Source: Candidatus Omnitrophota bacterium
GTDB taxonomy: Bacteria > Omnitrophota > Gorgyraeia > JACQQV01
NCBI GenBank assembly: GCA_016206785.1
Contig: JACQQV010000039.1
Coordinates: 5,978-69,977 of the forward strand
DNA length: 64,000 nt
Direction of reading: 5' to 3'
Made by a program: the position numbers and the translations under genes
Shown here: positions 1 to 7,771 of the stretch, piece by piece
Layout of the letters: every line of letters starts with the position of its first letter
How positions within the stretch are numbered: the stretch's first letter is position 1
Notes under the pieces: generated by a model
Told to the model about the DNA's origin: nothing
Databases searched by the model: none
Seen by the model: the letters and a program-made list of their open reading frames with translations, nothing else

Positions 1-120
1 TTTTTCAACCTGGATGATCCCTTCCCTTTCTGTGTATGTTGAAGTCGTCAATACCTCACTTCTCTCGAGTACCAAAAGAACGAGAAGGACAACGGAAACG
101 AAAATGACAAGTAGCTTCAT
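1..120 (-). CDS. Partial exported/membrane protein (runs off left edge)
   Basis: ATG at 120 overlaps the stop of the upstream aminotransferase (ATGA); hand translation MKLLVIFVSVVLLVLLVLERSEV... is open to the window edge and starts with a hydrophobic stretch. Confidence 0.6.
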   Translation of the reverse strand, partial: MKLLVIFVSVVLLVLLVLERSEVLTTSTYTEREGIIQVEK

Positions 121-1451
121 GGCTTTCTCCCTTTTTCCAAAACGGTGAGCACTTGATCGAAAATATCACAGGCACTTTCCACCTCCTCCCGACTCACCAC
201 AAGCGGAGGTGAAAACCGGATCACTGATTCGCCGCAACTTAAAAGGAGCAGCCCCCTTTGAAACGCTTCTCGAATGACGGCGTTTCGTTCTTGAGGGGCA
301 TTTTCTTTGGTCGAACGGTTTTTCACAATTTCAACGCCTACCATCAAACCCTTGCCACGCACATCTCCCATCCAAGGATGCTTCTCCTTGAGTCCCAAAA
401 GTATCTTGAACAGTTCTTCCCCCACCTCTTTTGCATTTTGAATCAGCCCTTGTTCCAGGAGGCGGATCGTCTCAAGGGCAGCGGCACAGGAGACAGGATT
501 TCCGCCGAAGGTAGAGGCATGAGATCCCTCCGCCCACGTCATCACATCCTCCCGTGCGATGAGCGCACCCAGAGGCATGCCTGAGGCGATCCCTTTCGCC
601 AAACAGATCACATCGGGCTCCACTCCCCAGTGTTCAATGGCAAACATTTTTCCCGTACGCCCCATCCCTGATTGCACCTCATCGACAATATAAAGGATGT
701 CGTATTTCTCACAAATTTTTTTGAGCATAGGGTGATACTCGGGCGGAGGCACAATATACCCTCCCTCACCCTGGATCGGTTCCACGATGATGGCGGCCAC
801 CTCTTTAGGAGAAACGATTGTTTTAAAGAGGGTCTCTTCCAAGTAACTCACACAAGCAATCTTGCAACTGTCATAAACGAGATTATAGGGGCATCGGTAG
901 CAATAGCCGTATCCAATATGGGTGACCTCCGGAACAAGAGGCGCAAAATTTTCCACCTGAACGATTTTACTCCCGGTGAGGGAAAGGGCCCCGAGCGTGC
1001 GACCATGGAAGGCCCCGATAAAGGCGATCATATGCTGACGTTTGGTGTGATAGCGAGCCAGTTTAAAGGCGGCTTCAACCGCTTCCGCACCTGAATTCGT
1101 GAAGAGGACCTTTTTTCTAGAAGGTCCGGGAGTTATTTCTGCCAGTTTTCGGGCAAGGTCCCCCTGGGCCTTGTAATAGAAGTCGGTCCCTGACATGTGA
1201 ATGAGTTTTGAGGACTGGTAATGGATGGCGTTCACGATGTTGGGATGGCAATGGCCGGTAGCGACCACGGCGATCCCTGCTGTGAAATCGAGGAAGAGGT
1301 TTCCATCCACGTCTTCCACGGTAACGCCTGAAGCCCTGTCTACGACGAGAGGATAGATGCGGGTATAAGAAGGAGAGGTGTATTGTTCATCCTGCTGGAT
1401 GATTTTTTGGGCATTGGGACCGGGGAGGGGGGTACGGATGTGGGGAGTCAT
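117..1451 (-). CDS. Class-III PLP aminotransferase (acetylornithine/4-aminobutyrate aminotransferase family)
   Basis: Motifs NSGAEAVE, FHGRT, EPIQGEGG, DEVQSGMGRTG, AKGIASG, STFGGNP. Confidence 0.9.
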   Translation of the reverse strand: MTPHIRTPLPGPNAQKIIQQDEQYTSPSYTRIYPLVVDRASGVTVEDVDGNLFLDFTAGIAVVATGHCHPNIVNAIHYQSSKLIHMSGTDFYYKAQGDLARKLAEITPGPSRKKVLFTNSGAEAVEAAFKLARYHTKRQHMIAFIGAFHGRTLGALSLTGSKIVQVENFAPLVPEVTHIGYGYCYRCPYNLVYDSCKIACVSYLEETLFKTIVSPKEVAAIIVEPIQGEGGYIVPPPEYHPMLKKICEKYDILYIVDEVQSGMGRTGKMFAIEHWGVEPDVICLAKGIASGMPLGALIAREDVMTWAEGSHASTFGGNPVSCAAALETIRLLEQGLIQNAKEVGEELFKILLGLKEKHPWMGDVRGKGLMVGVEIVKNRSTKENAPQERNAVIREAFQRGLLLLSCGESVIRFSPPLVVSREEVESACDIFDQVLTVLEKGRKP

Positions 1452-1828
1452 TACGACTCTTTTCGGACTGCCGCATACCCAAGAATGACATATTTGATGA
1501 TACGGTCGCGCTCCTTCGGTTCGATTTCGACGAATTCAATTCCTGCTTCGAGAACTTTTCCCTCTGTCTGTTGGGAGTGCAGGATCGAAAATTCTTCAGT
1601 CCAAACCACTCTTCCGATAGCGACGATCGGTTGGGGATCTTCTGGAAGATGAATGGTGAGTTTAAGAAGCGACTGAACAGGGACCGGTTCTGCAAGGAAC
1701 AGGCGAATCCCTCCCCCGCTGATGTCTTTGGTTTCGGTTGAAAGGGAGGAATTTTTTCGATCCTTGAGGATGGTGTACGTAATTTTCAGTCGCGTGTCTA
1801 ACCGAACGTATTTACGCTTCTCTTCCAT
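1451..1828 (-). CDS. PilZ-domain protein
   Basis: RKYVR (RxxxR) and DISGGG (D/NxSxxG); start moved to MEEKRK after GGAGG SD. Confidence 0.85.
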   Translation of the reverse strand: MEEKRKYVRLDTRLKITYTILKDRKNSSLSTETKDISGGGIRLFLAEPVPVQSLLKLTIHLPEDPQPIVAIGRVVWTEEFSILHSQQTEGKVLEAGIEFVEIEPKERDRIIKYVILGYAAVRKES

Positions 1829-2288
1829 GCAACCCTCCTTCAAGCGCTTGTCTGACCAGCTCATGGACCACTTTCCCGTCCGCCCTCCCCTTTGTTTTGG
1901 GCATGAGAAGTTTCATCACTTTTCCCAGGTCCTGTAACCCCACGGCCCCACTTTCCCCAACCGCCTCTTGAATCCACTGAAGCAGTTCTTCGCGGCTCGC
2001 TTCATGGGGGCAATACGATTTTAAGATTTCGAGTTCCTTTGTTTCTTTTGCGACCAGATCTTCTCGTTTTCCCTTGGAAAAGCTGTCAATGGAGTCTTGG
2101 TGCTGTTTGATGAGTTGAACGATGACGTCCAAGACATCCCCGTCTTCTAGCCGTTCAACCTTTTTTGCGATGGAGCAATTGAGGAGTGAGGCCTTTAGAA
2201 ATCGGAGGGTCGAGACACGAAGCGCGTCGCGTCCTTTAAGCGCTGTTTTAAGATCCTCGTCTATTTTTTCAGCAAGCGTAGTGGCCAT
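1812..2288 (-). CDS. GatB/YqeY domain protein
   Basis: LKTALKGRD..RVSTLRFLK, REDLVAKE..ELEILKSY, DLGKVM...KGRADGK; start MATTLAEK. Confidence 0.9.
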   Translation of the reverse strand: MATTLAEKIDEDLKTALKGRDALRVSTLRFLKASLLNCSIAKKVERLEDGDVLDVIVQLIKQHQDSIDSFSKGKREDLVAKETKELEILKSYCPHEASREELLQWIQEAVGESGAVGLQDLGKVMKLLMPKTKGRADGKVVHELVRQALEGGLHGREA

Positions 2289-2295
2289 CGGTTCA

Positions 2296-2324
2296 ATTAT
2301 AAAAGGATCACCCAAAATTCGCAA
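2296..2324 (-). promoter_or_regulatory. Sigma70-type promoter of yqeY-like gene (probably leaderless)
   Basis: TTGCGA-17-TATAAT with ATG 7 nt downstream. Confidence 0.6.
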
Positions 2325-2417
2325 GTGAAAAAAGAGGCAATCATTCACAACCTCTTGACAATGGATAGGTTATATGATATGCTTAGGGATGTCAAGTTTG
2401 AAGAGGAGGGCGTTTCG

Positions 2418-2798
2418 TTGGAAGAGATGTCATTTCAAATCGATTTTTGCGAGAGACTACTCGAAAAAAACCCAACTTTCGTGGAGGCGATGATCGTTTT
2501 GGGAGAGCTCTACTCTCGGAAAGGACTTCACGAAAAGGGACTTGGAATCGATCTCCGCCTGGTCCAACTACGGCCAGAAGATCCCATCTGCCATTATAAT
2601 TTGGCCTGCAGTTACTCACTTCTTAAGCGGAATACGGAAGCGCTCGCGGCACTTGAGAAATCCATTGTTCTGGGGTATGATGACTTCCAATTTCTCCAGA
2701 AGGATGATGACCTCTATGCGCTACGACAAGATGCCCGCTATCAGGAACTTCTCAACAAATATCAGAAGAAACGGACCTCTCAGAAAGATTCCTTGTAG
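2418..2798 (+). CDS. TPR-repeat protein
   Basis: TPR pattern and HYNLACSYSL..AL..L..SI.LGY.DF...DDDL..LR; GAGGAGG SD before TTG 2418; TTGACA-17-TATGCT promoter overlaps the longer ORF start. Confidence 0.8.
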   Translation: MEEMSFQIDFCERLLEKNPTFVEAMIVLGELYSRKGLHEKGLGIDLRLVQLRPEDPICHYNLACSYSLLKRNTEALAALEKSIVLGYDDFQFLQKDDDLYALRQDARYQELLNKYQKKRTSQKDSL

Positions 2799-3412
2799 GC
2801 TGCTTGGAGGGATTTCCCCGAGTAACGAAGGTGGAGGTGGTATTTGGTCTTTAACTTCTTATTCGCTCTCTCGATCTCCTTGCAGGCTTCAAGACATCCC
2901 GCCAGAAGATCACCCATGAACGGAATGGAGGCTTGTATGGATTCGGCAGTGACTTCCGCAAGGTGAAGGGCCCAGGTGATCTTTTCCTCTTCAGTGAGAA
3001 CTCTTGAAGCGGAGTTTTCATCCCAGCTCATATAATTTCGAAGGCCTCCCTCCACGCGGACAGAAAGTGTCGCATCCGGCCTGTAAATTTGACCGATTAC
3101 TTTTCTTCCGATAGAGAATTTTCTTTGAAGGTTTTGTAGCGCAACACGACTTCCTTCTGGAAGGCGAGACGAAGCCTCTTCTGGAAGAGGGGCCCTTTCC
3201 TTCTCACCCTGGAAAGCGAAGAACCGTTCTTCTATCAGGATCGGTTCAGGGGCCGATTGAGAAACAGAAAAACTCATATCTGGCAGTGGGGTCTCTGTTG
3301 GAGAAAGGGGAGGCATCTCTTCAGAACAAGCGCTTTCCACCTGGCAGAAAAGCCCCAGCACACCACACCCCATAAGGAGAATGAGTACTTTTTCCTCTTT
3401 AAGCCGATCCAT
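2780..3412 (-). CDS. Hypothetical exported protein
   Basis: 210 aa ORF with AAGGAG SD, hydrophobic N-terminus, Pro-rich linker and C-terminal Phe. Confidence 0.6.
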   Translation of the reverse strand: MDRLKEEKVLILLMGCGVLGLFCQVESACSEEMPPLSPTETPLPDMSFSVSQSAPEPILIEERFFAFQGEKERAPLPEEASSRLPEGSRVALQNLQRKFSIGRKVIGQIYRPDATLSVRVEGGLRNYMSWDENSASRVLTEEEKITWALHLAEVTAESIQASIPFMGDLLAGCLEACKEIERANKKLKTKYHLHLRYSGKSLQAAYKESF

Positions 3413-3503
3413 AAGATTGCTCCTTTTATAGTATCAAGTATATCATATAACATTCGAATTTTCAAGGGGTTAAAGAAATATCCTATCGTTATATCACATT
3501 GTC

Positions 3504-4085
3504 TTAAAGGAAGTTAGGAAGGAGGAGGAGCCCAACGATCGTTTTGGCATCTTGAATAAGGCCTTTTCGAATCATTTTCTCAGTTTTTTTGAGAGGAAAA
3601 ACGTGCGGTTGAATCGCTTCGTCTTCTTCCAATTTTTGGGAAAAGGGTGAGAGATGAGTGGCGACGTACACAACCATTTTTTCTGTGCAGAACCCGGGCG
3701 AGGGGTAAAAAACAGCCACCTTCTTTAACGTTTTAGCACGATACCCGGTTTCTTCGCTCAACTCCCGCGCGGCACAACGTTTGGGAGACTCCCCTTTTTC
3801 TAAGGTTCCTGCGGGAATTTCCCAAAGGGTCTTCCGGACGGAGGGTCGGAACTGTCGGATGAGGACAACCTTTTTCTTTGAGAGAAGAGGAACAATCGCA
3901 CACGAGCCGGGATGATGTACCGTCTCTCGGCGAATTTTCTTTCCGGAACCGAGGAGAAAATCATCCAAGGTCAGCGAGAGAAGTTTCCCTTTGTAGATGG
4001 AATGGCGTTTGAGTCTAGGGCTATTCCGTTTCTTGGGGAGGTTTTTTCGTTGCAACGACTTTCCACGCTTTCTCTTCTTTTTCAA
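3504..4085 (-). CDS. NUDIX hydrolase (ADP-ribose pyrophosphatase-like)
   Basis: Nudix box GTLEKGESPKRCAARELSEETG; HHPGS, QFR, SPGF and IQDAKT motifs; start uncertain. Confidence 0.9.
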   Translation of the reverse strand: MKKKRKRGKSLQRKNLPKKRNSPRLKRHSIYKGKLLSLTLDDFLLGSGKKIRRETVHHPGSCAIVPLLSKKKVVLIRQFRPSVRKTLWEIPAGTLEKGESPKRCAARELSEETGYRAKTLKKVAVFYPSPGFCTEKMVVYVATHLSPFSQKLEEDEAIQPHVFPLKKTEKMIRKGLIQDAKTIVGLLLLPNFL

Positions 4086-4515
4086 ACGTGATCAGGAAAC
4101 GGTCGCTCCCTCTTACCGACAGAAGATCTTCCGTTTCGCCGGCAGAGGCCGTTCCCACAACCTTGGCAATGACCTCTGCCGTGGCATGATCTCCTTCTAC
4201 AGAGATGCCCAGGATCTTCGAGGATACAGAAATCTTCGGATAGGCTCGATAGATTTGAGCGACGAGGTAACCGACGGTCTGATAATCCAATCCCATGTCA
4301 TCGCTGTATCGGTGAGACGCATAAGACAAGGTTTTCGGAAGATTGCGTTGCACAGCGGCCTTCGAGACGCCTTGAATAAGTCTCCGAATCTGCTCTTCCG
4401 GCGATGGCCGGAGAAAAATTTTGAGACCCATCCAGACAGCGAAGGCAAGGAGCAGAACTGAGAAAAACGATCTCCAAGAGAAAACTTTGCTTACCAGAGG
4501 TGTTTCTGCAACCAT
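4021..4515 (-). CDS. Membrane-anchored NTF2-like hypothetical protein
   Basis: Single TM, then helix EEQIRRLI, S..YSD and terminal FEKEEKAWKV strand typical of the NTF2 fold. Confidence 0.6.
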   Translation of the reverse strand: MVAETPLVSKVFSWRSFFSVLLLAFAVWMGLKIFLRPSPEEQIRRLIQGVSKAAVQRNLPKTLSYASHRYSDDMGLDYQTVGYLVAQIYRAYPKISVSSKILGISVEGDHATAEVIAKVVGTASAGETEDLLSVRGSDRFLITFEKEEKAWKVVATKKPPQETE

Positions 4516-4778
4516 TGATCGGCGTTCTTTGCACCCCTCGCGGTTTGAGTAAGCCCTCCCCAGGTGCCATACCAGAGAAGCTTCCCCGTATTCATCGTCA
4601 GGCCCCAAATTCCTTTGCCGACAGATTCCACCCCATGACGCACTCCAAAGAAACTGTCCGAAAGGGCTTTCTTGGAGACCTGGTAGTCACGAAAGGATTC
4701 TCCTGAGGTCTCTGAGAGAAAAGAGGCGTGGCATAGGAAGGCAAAGAGGAGAAAGTAACTTAAACGTTTTGTAAACAT
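4491..4778 (-). CDS. Small exported hypothetical protein
   Basis: Signal-peptide-like N-terminus, Gly-rich amphipathic body, ends ADQWLQKHLW; TTGAAA-17-TATAAT upstream. Confidence 0.6.
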   Translation of the reverse strand: MFTKRLSYFLLFAFLCHASFLSETSGESFRDYQVSKKALSDSFFGVRHGVESVGKGIWGLTMNTGKLLWYGTWGGLTQTARGAKNADQWLQKHLW

Positions 4779-4825
4779 CCTAAGTGCTTATTATACTATA
4801 AATTGGGTCAATTTTCAAGTGAATT

Positions 4826-5056
4826 TTAGGGTTTGCGAATATAAAAGCGGTACTGACCTTCGGAGTGATCGGACTTTAAGATTTCGTTACCGGTGGCTTT
4901 GCACCAGGCAGGCATGTCGCTTAAGATTCCTTCATCATCGGAGATGACCTCTAGCACCTCCCCCCTTTTAAGTTCCTTGATTTTTTTGCTGGTGAGGTAG
5001 ATCGGAATGGGGCAAAGAGTTCCCAGGGTATCTAAGACAACGGCGTTGAATTCCAT
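4826..5056 (-). CDS. tusA: TusA/SirA family sulfur carrier
   Basis: LDTLGTLCPIP (CPxP), EVISDD, DMPAWC. Confidence 0.9.
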   Translation of the reverse strand: MEFNAVVLDTLGTLCPIPIYLTSKKIKELKRGEVLEVISDDEGILSDMPAWCKATGNEILKSDHSEGQYRFYIRKP

Positions 5057-5133
5057 GGCATTTTTCTCTAAATCTTTCTTTACGATATCACACAGACCCT
5101 CTTGGGTTCAACTCTTAAACAAGGGCTTAAAGC

Positions 5134-5163
5134 AAAGAGGTGAACCAGGGATTCACCTCTTTT
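5134..5163. terminator. Intrinsic terminator hairpin after the TIGR04073-like gene
   Basis: AAAGAGGTGAA/TTCACCTCTTT inverted repeat with T-runs. Confidence 0.7.
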
Positions 5164-5198
5164 GAGAAACCTGCTTAAGATTCTTCCAGCAGGGTCGC

Positions 5199-5552
5199 TT
5201 AACGGGCCCCCTCTCCCGAGAAAACAGTTTCGGGCTCTATAAGGGGTTCCTCATAATTCTTAGGAACTGGAAAGAGAAACGTGCCTGCCTCAACTCCACC
5301 TGCCGTGGTACGAACAGCAGTCTTCGCGCTTCCTTTGATCGGGGCGACCGTTACTCCAAGAAGAGGATTCTCTTTTCCGGTGTTGTACATTTCTTTCAAA
5401 AGCTCGATCCATCCCGTTCCCGCATTAACGACTCCCCGCGTGAGTTTCTGTCCCATCCCTGAGCCGATCTCTTTTGCGGTTGCGGCAAGCGTGGCCGTGG
5501 CAAAAGAAATGGTGAAAAGCACTGCCAGTCCCAGTGTCAAAACTTTCTTCAT
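5199..5552 (-). CDS. TIGR04073-like (putative exosortase-associated) exported protein, paralogue 1
   Basis: Signal peptide plus KLTRGVVNAGTGWIEL...R...G..E.GTFLFP.P...PE.VF. Confidence 0.8.
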   Translation of the reverse strand: MKKVLTLGLAVLFTISFATATLAATAKEIGSGMGQKLTRGVVNAGTGWIELLKEMYNTGKENPLLGVTVAPIKGSAKTAVRTTAGGVEAGTFLFPVPKNYEEPLIEPETVFSGEGAR

Positions 5553-5578
5553 GGGAAACCCCCTTTCATCACTTTGGG

Positions 5579-5878
5579 TTAGACTGCTTTTTTCCGAAGA
5601 AGATCGTCTCTTAAGTCAGTGAAATGTTGCTGATCAAATCCTGCCTTGATGATCTTCTGTTCCAGTTCTTCCTTGGAACGGACACCATCGCCGGTGACAC
5701 CAAGGGCTCTCAGGGCGTTGACCATCGTGTAGATGATCTTGGTCCTGGAAAGCTTGGCCCCCGTCGTGAAGAGCGCATCCTTTCCAAGTTTGTCGAGGAA
5801 ATCAACCTGTTCTCGGTTTAGGAGCGCAATCACCCGATGGGTGACTTGTCTGGTCTCTTTTTCTTGCGGCCGTGTCAT
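5579..5878 (-). CDS. Ribbon-helix-helix-like hypothetical protein
   Basis: AAGGAGGG SD before ATG 5878; strand HRVIALL, helix REQVDFLDKL, helix LSRTKIIYTMV. Confidence 0.65.
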   Translation of the reverse strand: MTRPQEKETRQVTHRVIALLNREQVDFLDKLGKDALFTTGAKLSRTKIIYTMVNALRALGVTGDGVRSKEELEQKIIKAGFDQQHFTDLRDDLLRKKAV

Positions 5879-5906
5879 GGTTTTCACCCTCCTTAGTTTC
5901 TTTTTC

Positions 5907-5942
5907 AAAATAAAACCGCCTGACTCGAAAGAGTAAGGCGGT
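5907..5942 (-). terminator. Riboswitch expression-platform intrinsic terminator
   Basis: ACCGCCUUACUC-UUUC-GAGUCAGGCGGU followed by UUUAUUUU, between the aptamer and the SD. Confidence 0.85.
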
Positions 5943-5955
5943 AGGCATAAAAAAA

Positions 5956-6047
5956 CTTTTCCATTTCGGTAGCCCAGCTGCCCTTTACGGGTCTGTGGCT
6001 TTGCGCCCTACCCTTTCGGAGTAGTTAGCCTTTGTCGTGCGGAAAAG
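5956..6047 (-). ncRNA. c-di-GMP-I (GEMM) riboswitch aptamer
   Basis: Minus strand CUUUUCC GCACGACAAAG GC UAAC UACUCC GAAA GGGUA GGGC GC AAA GCC ACAG..CAGCUGGGCU ACCGAAAU GGAAAAG: P1, P2 with GNRA loop, GCAAAGC junction and P3, as in Vibrio Vc2. Confidence 0.92.
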
Positions 6048-6072
6048 CACTCAATTGTCAAATACTAAAAAA

Positions 6073-6101
6073 AGTATACATGAAAAAGTTGCAATTGTCA
6101 A
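6073..6101 (-). promoter_or_regulatory. Sigma70 promoter of the riboswitch leader
   Basis: TTGACA-17-TATACT. Confidence 0.8.
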
Positions 6102-7354
6102 GGGGGAGACTTTAAAAAAGTCTCTCCCGGGACCTTTTTAAGAAGAATCCAGAAGGCGATGGTCATCCAAACCAAAAGACAAAAGAGGGCTCCGCGATAA
6201 TTCCAGGGAAAGTGGGACTTGAAAAGCCAGACAACGCTCCCCCACACCAAGGGTCCTGTGATGGCCGCCAGCCGTCCTATAAGGCCCAGACAACCGAAAA
6301 CCTCTGCGAGATACTCACGAGAGGTGAAACGGATGACCAGCACTCGGCTGGCGACCCAGGTGGATCCCATCACCGTTCCGATGAGTCCCCCCGTGAACCA
6401 AAAGTGCCAACGTAGCGTTGCAAGGATGGCGCAGAGAAATCCAGCACACCATCCACCGAGACTTAAGAGGAGGATCCTTTTTGCCCCGAACCGGTCCGTG
6501 AATATTCCAGCAACGAAAGCGCTTACGATGGCGAATAGGGTTGTCAGGAAGAAGAAAGTAATCATTTCACGGTCATTAAGGCCGATCACTTTTTGGGTAT
6601 AGACCGACATAAACAGGATCACGGGTTGAATCGCCATTAACGAAAAGAAATGGGCTTTAACGAACGGTCGTAAAGGGGTTCCCTTCTTGAAATGTTCCAT
6701 TCCCTTTTTAAATCGTTGAGAAGTCGCGTGGAGGAGGGAGAAAGAGGGGGAAAGAAATGCAGGCGAGAGATCTCGAACAATGAGAAAACATGGAAGAGAA
6801 AAAAGAAGAAAGAAGAGCGCCGTAGGAAGGAAAGCCGCTTGATACCCTTGTGTCAAGACAAAAGGTCTTACAATCGCTAGTCCTATGAGGGTTCCACAGT
6901 ACCCCAGAGAAACACCGAGGCCCGAAACTTTTCCGATTGTTTCTTTTGATCCCACCTCAGGAAGGAGCGCGTCATAGAAAAGAAGACCCAACTGGTAACC
7001 GACATTGGCAATACCAAAAAAGAAAAGGCCCCATCCTAACGAGGAGATGCGGGATAAAAGGGCGGTCGCCATCACACACAAAAATGTAGTAGGAACGAGA
7101 AAAATCATCCGCCGTTGGAGGTGATCTGAAAGCGCTCCCAAAAAGGGCATCAAAAGACTGGCAACAAAGATCGAAACGGATGTTGCGACGGCGTAAAGGA
7201 GATCAGATCCACCGCGATCCTGGGTGACCCAAAGAGGAAAGTATAAGGAAAGGATGTTGATGGAGAAGAGGGTGTTGGCGAGGTCATAGGTTGACCAGGC
7301 CAACATTCTCAAAAAAGAAAGAGCCCCCTTTTTAGGGGGCTCTTGGTGAATCAC
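6098..7354 (-). CDS. MFS transporter (UMF1/Atg22-like)
   Basis: About 12 TM; WSTYDLAN, LGALSD, FYDALLP, GKVSGLG..LGY.G. Confidence 0.85.
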   Translation of the reverse strand: MIHQEPPKKGALSFLRMLAWSTYDLANTLFSINILSLYFPLWVTQDRGGSDLLYAVATSVSIFVASLLMPFLGALSDHLQRRMIFLVPTTFLCVMATALLSRISSLGWGLFFFGIANVGYQLGLLFYDALLPEVGSKETIGKVSGLGVSLGYCGTLIGLAIVRPFVLTQGYQAAFLPTALFFLLFSLPCFLIVRDLSPAFLSPSFSLLHATSQRFKKGMEHFKKGTPLRPFVKAHFFSLMAIQPVILFMSVYTQKVIGLNDREMITFFFLTTLFAIVSAFVAGIFTDRFGAKRILLLSLGGWCAGFLCAILATLRWHFWFTGGLIGTVMGSTWVASRVLVIRFTSREYLAEVFGCLGLIGRLAAITGPLVWGSVVWLFKSHFPWNYRGALFCLLVWMTIAFWILLKKVPGETFLKSPP

Positions 7355-7369
7355 CTAAAGCTCAGTCGT

Positions 7370-7711
7370 TTAGAAAACGGTTTCGGGATCGAGAGCCGAT
7401 CGGTAATCAGGAGGAATCGGGAAGAGGAACGTTCCCACATCCCACACACCGACGACCTCTCTGGCGACCGTCCAACCGATTCCGAGGGCAACTCCCTTCG
7501 TGGCTCCGGCACCAAATCCCTCGGCCTGCCCAACTTTATGGGGCTGATTAAAAAGTTCAACCCAGCCGGTGGCGACATTGATGATACCCCGTCTGAGCTT
7601 GTTGCCCATTTTCGACATCGTGCTATCCTGCGCATACGTCGGCGACGCAAAGACCGCCAATAGGACAAAAACGGTTATGGCCGCTATAAAGACATTCTTT
7701 TTATTTTTCAT
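7370..7711 (-). CDS. TIGR04073-like exported protein, paralogue 2
   Basis: Signal peptide (AYA) plus KLRRGIINVATGWVEL...GTFLFPIP..PETVF; start MKNKK after GGGGGTG SD. Confidence 0.8.
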   Translation of the reverse strand: MKNKKNVFIAAITVFVLLAVFASPTYAQDSTMSKMGNKLRRGIINVATGWVELFNQPHKVGQAEGFGAGATKGVALGIGWTVAREVVGVWDVGTFLFPIPPDYRSALDPETVF

Positions 7712-7742
7712 GGTCACTTCACCCCCTTCCATAAGTAGAAAT

Positions 7743-7771
7743 AGTATATCAAAATAAATAACCTTTGTCAA
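7743..7771 (-). promoter_or_regulatory. Sigma70 promoter for paralogue 2 and the MFS gene
   Basis: TTGACA-17-TATACT. Confidence 0.75.

Noticed and set aside
2369-3451. Shared GTTATATGATAT in the promoters of the convergent TPR and exported-protein genes
   Set aside because: Largely explained by extended -10 (TGnTAT) in AT-rich DNA; too little evidence for an operator
5956-6047. c-AMP-GMP (GEMM-Ib) riboswitch variant
   Set aside because: The specificity position equivalent to Vc2 G20 (6030) is G, not A
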